IMG/VR virus record: IMGVR_UViG_3300023184_003735
Coordinates: 60,184-124,183 of that record
Direction: 5' to 3' (one strand)
DNA: 64,000 nucleotides
Source: a virus
A model generated the notes under the pieces. It saw only the letters and a program-made list of their open reading frames with translations, did no database searches and was not told the DNA's origin. A program made the translations under genes and the position numbers. Shown piece after piece: positions 1-10,631 of the stretch. Each line of letters opens with the position of its first letter. The first letter of the stretch is position 1.

Positions 1-792
1 ATGCGAAACGATATACGTGCCGAAATCTCACACTTTCAGGATAGTCAAATTGAAACCGAATTCAGTGCGGCTGTTGAGCAACATCGAGTAGAAGAAATCT
101 ATTGGGTAGGGGGAGAACCGCTGATGTACGAACAGCATTGGAGGTATATGAAAAGAATTATAGAACTAGGAGATGGGGAGAAACTATATGCAAGATACAA
201 TACTAATCTTAGTCGCGTGGATTATCGTGGTTGTAATTTATACAGCGATATTCTTTCGTTTGTTCGCGACTGGCAAATCTGCGCCAGCCTTGACGGAACC
301 GGCACCACAGGTGAGTACATACGAACAGGCCTGGACTATAGTGCTTTTTTAAGCAACTTTCGTCAAGGATTAGAGATAGCAACTAACCCCAGACAAATGC
401 GCCTGGACTTTACACTCACACTGCCGGGCATGATGGAAGTGGATGCAATGAACGCTTTAGCAAGAGAACTGGGTGTGGAGATGCTGGCCAAGGTCATATT
501 CAGTTTCTCGCCTGATATCATATTGAGCCCATTGGCACTACCTAGAGAGTTATTGGATCCATGGGTTGACGAGTTAGCAGGCCGCTCCGCAGGCGCCATG
601 CGTGATGTACTGCTACAATTAAAGACCCGTCCATGCTTTGAAGAACAATGGCCGGATCAATATCAAGAAGGGCTCTCTAAAGGCAAAGCCCGTGTGTTAC
701 AACTAGAACAAATAAGAACACAATCAGTGACAATGACAGATATCCTGGGCTCGCGTCCAGAAGTATTAGAATGGTGGATGAAAATTGCTTGA
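1..792 (+). CDS. Radical SAM protein, C-terminal part (probably 5'-truncated by window)
   Basis: GGEPL and YNTNLS/ASLDG motifs of the radical SAM barrel; CxxxCxxC not in window. Confidence 0.75.
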   Translation: MRNDIRAEISHFQDSQIETEFSAAVEQHRVEEIYWVGGEPLMYEQHWRYMKRIIELGDGEKLYARYNTNLSRVDYRGCNLYSDILSFVRDWQICASLDGTGTTGEYIRTGLDYSAFLSNFRQGLEIATNPRQMRLDFTLTLPGMMEVDAMNALARELGVEMLAKVIFSFSPDIILSPLALPRELLDPWVDELAGRSAGAMRDVLLQLKTRPCFEEQWPDQYQEGLSKGKARVLQLEQIRTQSVTMTDILGSRPEVLEWWMKIA

Positions 793-1834
793 TTCAATTG
801 AAATAGACTTGCGCGGCGCAAATGATATATTGACTGTGTATATAGACGTTGCGGACAACAGCCTCAGCCGTAAATGGCTCTCAGCATTAAATGATATCTT
901 AAAAACCAAATTACATTTGGAAAAGAACTACTGCTGGCTAGGCTGGCCTGAAAGTACTAGAACCGCTGAATATTTGTGCATACAAATCAACAGAAGCATA
1001 CAGGCCATTAACGCCAGCAATCTAGATTATTGTATACAAGATTTCTTTAGCCCCAGCACAGTGATTCAAACAGATCTAGATATCAATCACGATCGAATGA
1101 ATCAACTGCACAAGTATTTTGAAGACCTGCAGGGCACAGCAGGCGCCATGAGCACATATTATGATTCAGCAGATGATCACACACGCTGGCACATACGGCA
1201 ATTAAACTTGTTGTGTCACGAACTAGAGAGTCTTGTGCTGAGTATGCGCAAGGCGGTACAGGCCCCTGAATGGCGCAGACCCAGTCAACTCATGTGTTGG
1301 TTAAATGCACCACGCTACGAATTAGCACCCGAAGACCAGGAGTTATTTGGTATACAAGCAATCAATAGAAAACTGGGTGGTGTATATGTGGGCGTAAATA
1401 AAGCAGTGGGCAAGCATCACTGGGAGGTGTTTCAAGATGAAGGTAGGGATTCAAGAATTTCCGAATTGGTTACAACTGGGCTTCGGACACAGACTCAAGC
1501 GGCTGGTGATTTTGATATTGAATGGGCCCGTGATCCCAGCGAATACCAATGGCAAATTAAAAAACTGGCAGAATTTCGACTGTGGCTTGAACGGAATGGA
1601 TTCAACCCTGATGACCCCGGTCTCACAATCGGTCACCCTCAAGTCGGGCAAGTTGATCTTGAAAGGTCGTTTGGTACACAAAACTACCAAGTAATCTGGT
1701 CGCAACTAGCCAGTTATTTAGACGTTGTTACTGTGCGTACCAGTGCCGCCCAGGCCACTTATGACTACCATTGGAGCGACACAGACTACCAACTGCAACA
1801 AATACAGGCATTAAATGCAAGACATAACAGTTAA
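785..1834 (+). CDS. Hypothetical protein
   Basis: 349-aa ORF overlapping neighbours, operon-like. Confidence 0.75.
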   Translation: MLDSIEIDLRGANDILTVYIDVADNSLSRKWLSALNDILKTKLHLEKNYCWLGWPESTRTAEYLCIQINRSIQAINASNLDYCIQDFFSPSTVIQTDLDINHDRMNQLHKYFEDLQGTAGAMSTYYDSADDHTRWHIRQLNLLCHELESLVLSMRKAVQAPEWRRPSQLMCWLNAPRYELAPEDQELFGIQAINRKLGGVYVGVNKAVGKHHWEVFQDEGRDSRISELVTTGLRTQTQAAGDFDIEWARDPSEYQWQIKKLAEFRLWLERNGFNPDDPGLTIGHPQVGQVDLERSFGTQNYQVIWSQLASYLDVVTVRTSAAQATYDYHWSDTDYQLQQIQALNARHNS

Positions 1835-2486
1835 TGATTATTTAACATGGGAATATTCCACAGATCCTGACATACAATATCTCAATTGTCCGGCACCCAC
1901 ATCCATGCACAATCACATACCCGAATGGTTCAAAAATCAAAAGGCCCGCAAACAAGAAATCAACATAGCCGATCAACAAACTATTAGAAACTGCCTGGGG
2001 TTCCGCGGACTTGCTACCCTGGGTTATACTATTCCTTTACCAGAAGAACTCACAGGCCATGACACATATTTCAGCCGAGGTCGACTGCACCCTGAAATGC
2101 TATATGGAACCCAATGGGCCAATCAAGGCTCAGAACCCTGGACCACAGATGACACCAGTCTGTATGAATACCGTATTAGACTACTGTATTGGCCTTGGCG
2201 AGCACGAATGTCCCCAGGCTGGCGCTTGTTGATCTTGCCTTATCTATTAGATTGGTCAAATGATTGGAATGAATTTGCCGGCATAGTAGAACCCAATTAT
2301 GAAGTTAACTTTGGTAATAGTATAGGTGTTGGATTAAAATGGACTCAACCCATTGATCATAATTACAACTACTACAACCTAGAAACAGTGATGGCATACA
2401 AACGATCAGTCACTGTGACAAAGGGCACTGTGACTTTCTGTGCAGTTCCTTTGTATGACCCTGAACTAGCCGAGAAACAACTATGA
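1815..2486 (+). CDS. Hypothetical protein
   Basis: 223-aa ORF in operon. Confidence 0.7.
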   Translation: MQDITVNDYLTWEYSTDPDIQYLNCPAPTSMHNHIPEWFKNQKARKQEINIADQQTIRNCLGFRGLATLGYTIPLPEELTGHDTYFSRGRLHPEMLYGTQWANQGSEPWTTDDTSLYEYRIRLLYWPWRARMSPGWRLLILPYLLDWSNDWNEFAGIVEPNYEVNFGNSIGVGLKWTQPIDHNYNYYNLETVMAYKRSVTVTKGTVTFCAVPLYDPELAEKQL

Positions 2487-2584
2487 ACTGGATTAAACGA
2501 ATTTGGAATCGAATTGCATTGGAAATACGCTATCGTAAAAAATTACGAGAGTTGCGCAAACGAGATCCATTTATCTACAAATGA
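2483..2584 (+). CDS. Small basic protein (33 aa, MNWIKRIWNRIALEIRYRKKLRELRKRDPFIYK)
   Basis: Not in ORF track; ATGA overlaps at both ends couple it to both neighbours. Confidence 0.7.
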   Translation: MNWIKRIWNRIALEIRYRKKLRELRKRDPFIYK

Positions 2585-3225
2585 TATATTGTATAGGTGA
2601 TAGTTTTACATATGGACATGGTCTTGAAGATCCAGATAAAACCGCTTGGCCTATTGTATTAGGGACATTATTAAATCGTCCTGTTACTAATCTTGGAAAA
2701 TCCGGGTCTGGTAATACTCGAATTGTTAAACGTACAATAGATGTAGTGTTTCGCGACGATACGGAATTAGTGATACTGGCCTGGGTTGGCCCACATAGAA
2801 TAGAATTTTTTGATAAAACACCTTACGACATCTGGCCCGGACAAACTTTTAGAAAAACTCCTAATGAAATAGCAAAAGCACTTACAATAACACAAAATAA
2901 TCAATTTGATTTATGGTTGTGTAGAAAGTGGTTGAGAGATATTATCTTAACACAAAATTTATTAAAAAATCAAAACAAAAAATATCTAATGGCCAGAGCT
3001 TGGGGTGCGTGGGAACCATTGGCAGGTACTGAAGATCTATGGAACAAAATTGATTGGAACTATTTTGTAGGACACCCAACTACTACTAGAAATACAGACT
3101 ATGAAACGTTTGGCTATTGGTATACAGATATACCATTGGTACTTAACCATCCATCAGAATTGGGTCATCAAAGAATAGCAGAAAAATTTTATGAATATAT
3201 TAGGAATTTCGGCTGGATTTCATGA
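2581..3225 (+). CDS. SGNH/GDSL hydrolase-like protein
   Basis: N-terminal GDSFT, NLG block, C-terminal HPSELGH. Confidence 0.75.
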   Translation: MIYCIGDSFTYGHGLEDPDKTAWPIVLGTLLNRPVTNLGKSGSGNTRIVKRTIDVVFRDDTELVILAWVGPHRIEFFDKTPYDIWPGQTFRKTPNEIAKALTITQNNQFDLWLCRKWLRDIILTQNLLKNQNKKYLMARAWGAWEPLAGTEDLWNKIDWNYFVGHPTTTRNTDYETFGYWYTDIPLVLNHPSELGHQRIAEKFYEYIRNFGWIS

Positions 3226-4678
3226 TGCGGCAGCCACAGTGATCTCACCTGACGGGGAGATATTGTTTGCTGGCCATTCAGAACGGTACTCAAAAAAGAA
3301 GAATGACGAAAACTTCTGTACACCATTGATTAGAGAATTAGAAAACTACAACCCAATTGACACAGTGGCATATTATGAACGCCCGATAATGAAACAGTTA
3401 CGTCAATGGTACAGCGGTCAAGGGATTGAGTGGAACCGACTCAGTGTGAAGAAAAACATACACGATCAAATAGGTCATGCTAATTGGCAGGATCTTAAAC
3501 ACTACAAAAATTATAACCATCATTTATCGCATGCGGCAGGGGGCTTTCAAACGTCGCCATTTGACCGTGCCACAGTAGTGGTAATAGATGCAATAGGTGA
3601 ATGGGACACCGTATCAATTTGGGGTGCAGAATATGATTCAAAAGGACGGGCCCGGTACAAGAGATTGTGGAGACAGATTTATCCACATTCGATTGGCCTG
3701 TTCTATAGTTCTGTTACCCAGCGTATTGGACTACACCCACTAGACGAAGAATACATCACAATGGGCATGGCAGCCTGGGGTCGTAACACCTGGTATCATG
3801 ACATGCGTGAGCATGTGATTGCCAATGAGCGCGACCTTGAACTACGTCATAACTTCCACACAGGCATGAGTGCGGACTTCCTGGTAGGCGCCAGCAATGA
3901 AAACATTGCGGCTGCCGGGCAACTGGTGGCAGAGGATCTTATTCGTCAAGTGATGATTCGTGCTAGAAACACAGGATTTAGCACAAATCTGGTATATATG
4001 GGTGGGGTTGCACTGAATTGCACAGCCAACCGCATGCTAGGAGAATACTTTGACAAAATCTGGATTATGCCTTGCCCTGGCGATGCTGGTAGCAGCCTCG
4101 GTGCTGCCGCTTTGGCTTTTGGGCGTAGAGTTAACTGGAGGGACAGTTATCTCGGCCATTGCATTCCAGGTGTTTATCCTGTTAATGGGTTGCTGGATAG
4201 GCTTCTTACTGAACAGATTGTGGGGGTGGCCTCAGGACGAGCCGAGTTCGGCCCCCGCGCACTGGGAAACCGTAGCCTCCTGGCAGACCCTAGAGGCAGC
4301 GAGATCAAGGAGAAAGTAAATGCAATCAAACGTCGACAACAGTTTAGGCCATTTGCCCCGGTCATATTGGCTGAGGTGGCTGATGACTATTTTGATATGC
4401 CAGCCGGTTGGCATCATAGCCCTTATATGCAGTCAGTCGCTCGCTGCCGCCAGCCTAGTCTTACTCCTGCTGTATGTCATGTTGATGGCACCAGCCGAGT
4501 ACAGACTGTGGCGCGGGATGGATCAGGCATAAGAGAATTACTAGAGAAATGGTATGTGTTAACAGGATGTCCTATGCTGTTAAACACCAGTCTAAACATA
4601 CGTGGAGAACCCATGGTGAATGATCGTGCAGACGCCGATCGCTTTGAACAGTTATATAGCGTAAAGGTATGTTCATGA
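3191..4678 (+). CDS. O-carbamoyltransferase (NodU/CmcH/TobZ family)
   Basis: HDAAA, HHLSHA, GGVALN, EFGPRALGNRS, RPFAP, NTSLN motifs. Confidence 0.93.
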   Translation: MNILGISAGFHDAAATVISPDGEILFAGHSERYSKKKNDENFCTPLIRELENYNPIDTVAYYERPIMKQLRQWYSGQGIEWNRLSVKKNIHDQIGHANWQDLKHYKNYNHHLSHAAGGFQTSPFDRATVVVIDAIGEWDTVSIWGAEYDSKGRARYKRLWRQIYPHSIGLFYSSVTQRIGLHPLDEEYITMGMAAWGRNTWYHDMREHVIANERDLELRHNFHTGMSADFLVGASNENIAAAGQLVAEDLIRQVMIRARNTGFSTNLVYMGGVALNCTANRMLGEYFDKIWIMPCPGDAGSSLGAAALAFGRRVNWRDSYLGHCIPGVYPVNGLLDRLLTEQIVGVASGRAEFGPRALGNRSLLADPRGSEIKEKVNAIKRRQQFRPFAPVILAEVADDYFDMPAGWHHSPYMQSVARCRQPSLTPAVCHVDGTSRVQTVARDGSGIRELLEKWYVLTGCPMLLNTSLNIRGEPMVNDRADADRFEQLYSVKVCS

Positions 4679-5478
4679 CAGCAATAAAACAAGCAAAAAC
4701 AAGATACAGTGATGCATTTTACTTCTATGCCAACGATGAAATAATTGGTCAAAGTATTGATGTATATGGAGAATACAGTCAGTTTGAAGTGGATTTTTTA
4801 TTAAGTTTTTTAGGAAAAGACACTGTGGTATACGACATAGGTGCCAACATAGGATATCATACTCATGCGTTTGCCAGTCGTGCTGGACGAGTCATCAGTT
4901 TTGAACCACATCCACGAACATTTCAAATGCTAACAAAAAACACCGAACATTTACCAAATGTCACAAGGTTCAATCTGGCTGTGAGTAACTTTACTGGCCG
5001 GTCAAAATGTTTAGATTACAACATTGATGTTGGTGGCAATTATGGTGCAGTATCAGTGGACAGTGAGAACGGTGTGTTAGAAATTGAATGTGTGAGCCTG
5101 GAACAAGTGAATACATCTCTACCCGACTTGATCAAAATTGATGTTGAAGGCAGTGAATTTGCAGTGATACAGGGTTGTATGGAAATAATAAAAAAGAAAC
5201 ATCCAGTGGTGTATTATGAAGCACACGAAACTGTTCATCTTAAAGAAATTTACCAATTACTATCTCCGTTTCCCTATAAATTTTATTGGGTGCCTGTTAG
5301 AAATTTTAATCCAGACAATTTCAACAAACAAACACAAAATATATTTGGGGACAGCACATTACACAGCATTGTGGCCTGGCCTGATTATTTGCCTGAATTA
5401 GAACTATGGCCGGTGCAAGATGCGGATGATACTCTGGAAAAACTCTATACTCGACTAGGCAAAAATTATCACAGATAA
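4669..5478 (+). CDS. FkbM family methyltransferase
   Basis: YDIGANIG, SFEP, IKIDVEG motifs. Confidence 0.9.
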   Translation: MFMTAIKQAKTRYSDAFYFYANDEIIGQSIDVYGEYSQFEVDFLLSFLGKDTVVYDIGANIGYHTHAFASRAGRVISFEPHPRTFQMLTKNTEHLPNVTRFNLAVSNFTGRSKCLDYNIDVGGNYGAVSVDSENGVLEIECVSLEQVNTSLPDLIKIDVEGSEFAVIQGCMEIIKKKHPVVYYEAHETVHLKEIYQLLSPFPYKFYWVPVRNFNPDNFNKQTQNIFGDSTLHSIVAWPDYLPELELWPVQDADDTLEKLYTRLGKNYHR

Positions 5479-6506
5479 GTTTCTAATCCACCACGTCGGC
5501 GAATGTCTTGGGTGCAACAACTAATACCGCCATCCCAGAAGTAACTGTGGCGCAGTTCACTTATGATGGGTTCAATACCATGCTTGCGGCAGTAGTCAAA
5601 CACTTCCCGGTTGTGGGCACTAAAGATAACATGCGATTCGTCTAACACAAGACAGTTGACATCAAATACTGTTTCAGCAACAAAGCCAGTCCACTTGCTT
5701 AGATAAGTGTCAACAAATTGTGTGAACTCCGGTGTAGGTGTTTGTCCTTGTACATACCAAGCACCTGGTGACTGTTCGTATTTGAACTTGCCTACTTCCA
5801 TTGCGGCCCAGATTGAACTATCCCATATCTTGCATACGTCCCAACCGGGAAAGTCTCGGGCCAAATTCAAGTTAACATCGTGTTTGCTACTCAGCAACAC
5901 GCCGGGCTTGAGAATAGCAAATACTGCATCGCCATGCCCATCTGTGATGGCTTCGTGGACGCGATATTCAGGACCTAGTACATTATCCACAATCCAGCGT
6001 GTTTGATCTGGACGCAAAAAATCTGAGTTGTCAAAAAATACGTCACGACCCACACGCACAATACAACTGGCACTGGCACCATTCAAGATACAGTTCTCAT
6101 CCCAACCCGTAGGACCATGCGGATTGATTACTGTGCCACCTGCTTGGGTGTACTCATCGCATAGTGAATCTAGTTCTTGCATGGCCAACACCCTCAACAA
6201 CTTATCACCTAGGGTAATTTGCCAGTCTCTTGGAGTCAATGGTGGAAGAGGAGCACCACTACCGTGGATCTGTGATTGAATAAAGCGATCACGGTTGGGC
6301 AAGTCGGGACGACGTACTCGAGCACCAAACTTTTCTATTGTTCGTTGCAAGTTAGCAAGGTCTTCTTCAGTTTCAGAAAGGATTTGTTGTAACTGATTGC
6401 GCACTTGTGCGTTCTCGATGAAGTCAAAATAGTCTGGGCTGTACGCACGGCCGACAATGACTTCTTCAAGGGGTTGCCAACTTGTATAACTGTTAATAGG
6501 ATTCAT
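5469..6506 (-). CDS. Amidinotransferase (glycine/inosamine-phosphate amidinotransferase family)
   Basis: SWQPLEEVIVG, PRD, GHGD, FDVN, GGISCCT with C-terminal catalytic Cys. Confidence 0.82.
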   Translation of the reverse strand: MNPINSYTSWQPLEEVIVGRAYSPDYFDFIENAQVRNQLQQILSETEEDLANLQRTIEKFGARVRRPDLPNRDRFIQSQIHGSGAPLPPLTPRDWQITLGDKLLRVLAMQELDSLCDEYTQAGGTVINPHGPTGWDENCILNGASASCIVRVGRDVFFDNSDFLRPDQTRWIVDNVLGPEYRVHEAITDGHGDAVFAILKPGVLLSSKHDVNLNLARDFPGWDVCKIWDSSIWAAMEVGKFKYEQSPGAWYVQGQTPTPEFTQFVDTYLSKWTGFVAETVFDVNCLVLDESHVIFSAHNREVFDYCRKHGIEPIISELRHSYFWDGGISCCTQDIRRRGGLETYL

Positions 6507-7674
6507 TTAGTTGCTCGAGTAAGATATTTAAGCGGTCTGTCTTGTGTTGTAAAAATAAACGTTGATTGTGTTCTATATCTGCCAGTGCCTGTTCGAATCG
6601 GTAGATCAAATCCGATTGTGCCTGTTGTATACTTTGGCACAACAAGCGCCAACGTTGTGTGTTGTCAACTTCAAGATCATAACTGTTGTTCAACACATGA
6701 TCAAACACACGATATCCCATGTCACGCAGTTGTTGTAGACTTCCGGCAGCACCTGCTATAAAAAACATTTGTGCGTGTTTGATGGGCTTGAATGTTTTTT
6801 CAGTCAAGAACACACCGCCTGATTGATCAGCATCAAAGTGGGTCTCTAATACAATATGGCAGTAACTGTCGGTAAAGTACTTGGACACAAGGTTGGCATG
6901 ATTGTTGCGCTCGTGTTGACTGACCTCGTCAGAAAAATATGGGGCCGCATTTAAAAATTGCTGTGTGGCTGTTCTTAAATGTCCAAACGAATCAATTTCA
7001 ATGGGATTATCCTCGTCTACTAACTCACCAGTTTCACAATAACTCCAATAACTGTTGTCCAACACATGATGCTGTAACAAGTCGGCCATTGCTGTGGCTC
7101 GCCAACTTTTGTGTAATCTGTTTAGTGCAGTAAATTCACGTGAACGTGGATTATTATGTATGGACAATGCTCTGACAGAACTATTGCGATGCCAGTACCA
7201 GAGTTCAAAGTCTGCAAAGTACACAAAGTCTTCAACGTCACGTGCGGCTGTGTTGCCGCTGACAAATCTATAACAATGCTGGGGCAGTTGATGCTGTACT
7301 ACCAATCCATCTAATCGTTGTTTAATTTTGCTGGGATTGTCACCTTCATGATAGTAAAACAATATGCGTATGTGTTTACGTGCAAGTTCAGCAAACACCC
7401 GCCGGGGTAACAGACCAAAGTAATCTATATCAAAATTAAAAAAACCCAAGCCAATTGGATAAAAAGCGTTTACGGGCCATACATCGTTGATGTCTGCGAT
7501 GTTTAGTTTTACTTCGTGGTATTCGCAATATTCTTGTAGCCTTAGCGGCACAGTACCAGGCCAGTGGCATTCAAACTCTCGCCATGACTGTGTGTAAGGT
7601 TCTGCTTGGTGACAAGCCAATGCAGGATATATTTTACCCCTGATCAATCGATCCGTTATTAGTGTCAATGCCAT
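6493..7674 (-). CDS. Glycosyltransferase-like protein ('TEK' family)
   Basis: ETH...FLTEKTFKPI...LRDMGYRVF..YD C-terminal module shared with five paralogs. Confidence 0.55.
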   Translation of the reverse strand: MALTLITDRLIRGKIYPALACHQAEPYTQSWREFECHWPGTVPLRLQEYCEYHEVKLNIADINDVWPVNAFYPIGLGFFNFDIDYFGLLPRRVFAELARKHIRILFYYHEGDNPSKIKQRLDGLVVQHQLPQHCYRFVSGNTAARDVEDFVYFADFELWYWHRNSSVRALSIHNNPRSREFTALNRLHKSWRATAMADLLQHHVLDNSYWSYCETGELVDEDNPIEIDSFGHLRTATQQFLNAAPYFSDEVSQHERNNHANLVSKYFTDSYCHIVLETHFDADQSGGVFLTEKTFKPIKHAQMFFIAGAAGSLQQLRDMGYRVFDHVLNNSYDLEVDNTQRWRLLCQSIQQAQSDLIYRFEQALADIEHNQRLFLQHKTDRLNILLEQLNESY

Positions 7675-8812
7675 TCAACATCTCCTGTAATTCTCGCCAG
7701 AGAATCTGTTCAAACCCACCCCCATAGAAATGATTCCAGTTGTGTTCTATCACTTCTTGAGCCTGGTCAAACAATTGTTGTTTGGCTCCAATAGGCAGTT
7801 CATCTAGACTGCGCAACAAACTGGCTATGCGTTCAATACGCACATCATCTGATTCAAGATCATAACTCTCATCCCAGATACCTTCAAATGTACGGAACCC
7901 GTAACTGCGCAAATATTCTAAACTGCCTCGAGTACCCACAATCACAAACGGCATGCCCAGAGCAATAGGCTTGAATATTTTCTCAGTCAGGTGATGTCTA
8001 CGCCCGGTGTACACCGTCTCGGTCACTAGATACAACAAACACTCGGCTGACTCATCAAACAAACTCAACCAACATGAGTGCATGGGATGATCAGTTTCAC
8101 CGGCAAATTGTAGCGGTAATTTCTGTTGCTGAAACACCTGCTGAGCATCTGGATAGCGAGACATCAATTGATCTATGGCTTCGTATATGTGGGTTCCTTC
8201 TGCAGGACACACTACTGGACATGAGATATGATTGTTGATCATGTTGTTCTTAAATATATGATATAGCATTTCCAATCTGTGCTGTCGTTCGCCTGCAAAA
8301 ATTCGATTGGGTGCAATGAATGTTTTTGTTATTATGCGCTGATCCCAGGGCTGGATTAAAAACGTTCGGTTATATCCACGATACCAATCAAGTGCGGCCC
8401 AACCATGAAAGAAGTAGTATAGAGATTTCCATTTATACTTCTTGCAAATGATTTCGACGTTCTCACTATTGCACTCACTGGTCACAATATACCCAGGCGT
8501 CCAGTGCCCAAACGGGTGGTTTATTCTTTTAATTGGTTTGCCTGTAGTTCGATCCATGTGCCATCCGCCATGGATATCTGTATTTAATTTAACAATTTGA
8601 TCAAATGTAGGCATGTGTATGCTCAAATGAATTGGCTCTTGGTCAAAAAAGAATATATAATTGTGTTCGAGATAATCATCTCTGCCGTAGTTCATTACAC
8701 TTTCTGGATCGCTACGTCCAAATGGTTCACAAAAAAATTCTCTAAATCTGGGACGGTGTTTTTTAAGCCAAGGCCAGAACGTATTGTTATAAATTTCATC
8801 TATTCTAATCAT
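7634..8812 (-). CDS. Glycosyltransferase-like protein ('TEK' family)
   Basis: VTET...LTEKIFKPI...LRSYGFRTF..DESYD. Confidence 0.55.
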   Translation of the reverse strand: MIRIDEIYNNTFWPWLKKHRPRFREFFCEPFGRSDPESVMNYGRDDYLEHNYIFFFDQEPIHLSIHMPTFDQIVKLNTDIHGGWHMDRTTGKPIKRINHPFGHWTPGYIVTSECNSENVEIICKKYKWKSLYYFFHGWAALDWYRGYNRTFLIQPWDQRIITKTFIAPNRIFAGERQHRLEMLYHIFKNNMINNHISCPVVCPAEGTHIYEAIDQLMSRYPDAQQVFQQQKLPLQFAGETDHPMHSCWLSLFDESAECLLYLVTETVYTGRRHHLTEKIFKPIALGMPFVIVGTRGSLEYLRSYGFRTFEGIWDESYDLESDDVRIERIASLLRSLDELPIGAKQQLFDQAQEVIEHNWNHFYGGGFEQILWRELQEMLNGIDTNNGSIDQG

Positions 8813-10631
8813 GTTTGACGTATTCTATTCAGGTATTAAACCCAACCAATTCCCCCACGAGCGTGAGGCTGATAGTATTGAGCATGCACAGAAATTATGC
8901 CGTACAAGATATTTTTGGTGGATAAATTACTTATCGGACTATTCGGGGTTTGATTTTCTTTGGGAGCCAGTGCCCTGGCAAAGGCACCAACGCCATGCCT
9001 GGCCTAGTCAATGGCAAAAAGATGCAGGTGTGTATCTTGTGCCCCAAGCAGGATACACTGATACTAATTATCACTCAACACCAGTTGTGAATCGTGTACT
9101 CAAGGAATTGGACAAATGGCAAGCACCCAATGGTATAGACACAAGTAGTTTTGACTGGACCTGGCATCCAGATCCCACAGACCCACCTTACATATACCAA
9201 TTTGGTACGCAACATCAACGCACCGGCGGACCGCAGTATTGTGTCAAGGATGCAACTGACATCAAGTTCGTGGATCAAATTCGAATCAAAACCAATCGAG
9301 TAGCAACTGCCATTTACGAAATAGATCACATGGACGGCAATGCTGGAAAAATACCTAATACTACTCAACGTGTGCGCTATTTTGACAACTACCGAGACAC
9401 CTTGACTCGCCTGGCCAAAAATGTACCTGCCGAGCATGAGTTCATTTGGGTATGTTCCAGTGTGTGCGACTATACCAATTTTGATTTCTCGTGGCATCCT
9501 GAACAATGGCAAGCCACAATGCTACATGTGTTTCCCAGCAACGAACAAAAGTTTGGAGACACATTTTTTATGCATGTTCCTAGTTTTCTTGACAAGATCA
9601 AATATGCAAAATTGCTAGAATGGTTTGATACTTTGCATTTTATCAGTGGCATCAGCGTTACTAGATACCAACTGCCTAAGATACAATATCACAGTGATAC
9701 CTTGGTAGATGTCATAAAGAATCACGAATTTCAACAGCCGGTAGTGCAGTTTTATAGGCACACACCCTGTGATGTTGTGCCCACAATAAATCTCTGGCGC
9801 ACTGTTACCAAAACAACAATTCCAATGGCAGCAGACAATTCCACAATAATTGCACCAAGAGAAATCAAAGATCATATACAACAACAAGTCTACGATTATC
9901 CCCACATTGACAAAACACACAGGTCATTGATTCGACCCCAGTTACAAGACATTGTGTTTATCAGTTATGATGAACCCGACGCTGAAAAGAACTGGCAGAC
10001 ATTGATCAGTTCTTTTCCTAGAGCACAACGAGTGCATGGTGTCAAAGGAATGGAAACAGCACTAGAGGCTGCCGCAAACTTGGCGCAGACGCCTTGGTAC
10101 TTTGCTGTTTTTGCCAAGACTCGATTATATGAACAATTTGATTTTGCATTTGTTCCAGATTATATGCAACAGCCCAAGCACTATATTTTTAATGCTCGCA
10201 ATACTGTGAATGGTCTTGAATATGGGCACATGGGTATTATCATGTACAACAGTGCAGGTATTAGAAAGATCAATCAGATCAATGACTTTGGTGTAGACTA
10301 TACATTGAGTTTCCCACATGAGTCGGTTCCCTTGTTGAGTTGCTATGGAGAATTTGATCAAACACCATACCATACCTGGCGTACTGCATTTAGAGAGGCC
10401 AGCAAGTTGGCATACTTTGAACACAACCAAGCCACCGTTGATGGTGCATATAGGCTCAAAACTTGGCAAACTCAAGCACAAGGGCCTTATGCTGAATGGT
10501 GTTTGCGCGGCGCAAATGATGGTGTTGAATTCTTCAACAACAGTGATCGTGAGTTAGTCACTGTCAAGCAGGCTTTTAGATGGGAATGGTTGCGTGAATA
10601 TTTTGCCGCACGATACGGCGAACTAGAGTAA
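8811..10631 (+). CDS. Two-domain protein with C-terminal glycosyltransferase-like domain
   Basis: 606 aa; repeated FDxxWxP motif; C-terminal DIVFISYDEP...VHGVKG...WRTAFRE. Confidence 0.55.
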   Translation: MFDVFYSGIKPNQFPHEREADSIEHAQKLCRTRYFWWINYLSDYSGFDFLWEPVPWQRHQRHAWPSQWQKDAGVYLVPQAGYTDTNYHSTPVVNRVLKELDKWQAPNGIDTSSFDWTWHPDPTDPPYIYQFGTQHQRTGGPQYCVKDATDIKFVDQIRIKTNRVATAIYEIDHMDGNAGKIPNTTQRVRYFDNYRDTLTRLAKNVPAEHEFIWVCSSVCDYTNFDFSWHPEQWQATMLHVFPSNEQKFGDTFFMHVPSFLDKIKYAKLLEWFDTLHFISGISVTRYQLPKIQYHSDTLVDVIKNHEFQQPVVQFYRHTPCDVVPTINLWRTVTKTTIPMAADNSTIIAPREIKDHIQQQVYDYPHIDKTHRSLIRPQLQDIVFISYDEPDAEKNWQTLISSFPRAQRVHGVKGMETALEAAANLAQTPWYFAVFAKTRLYEQFDFAFVPDYMQQPKHYIFNARNTVNGLEYGHMGIIMYNSAGIRKINQINDFGVDYTLSFPHESVPLLSCYGEFDQTPYHTWRTAFREASKLAYFEHNQATVDGAYRLKTWQTQAQGPYAEWCLRGANDGVEFFNNSDRELVTVKQAFRWEWLREYFAARYGELE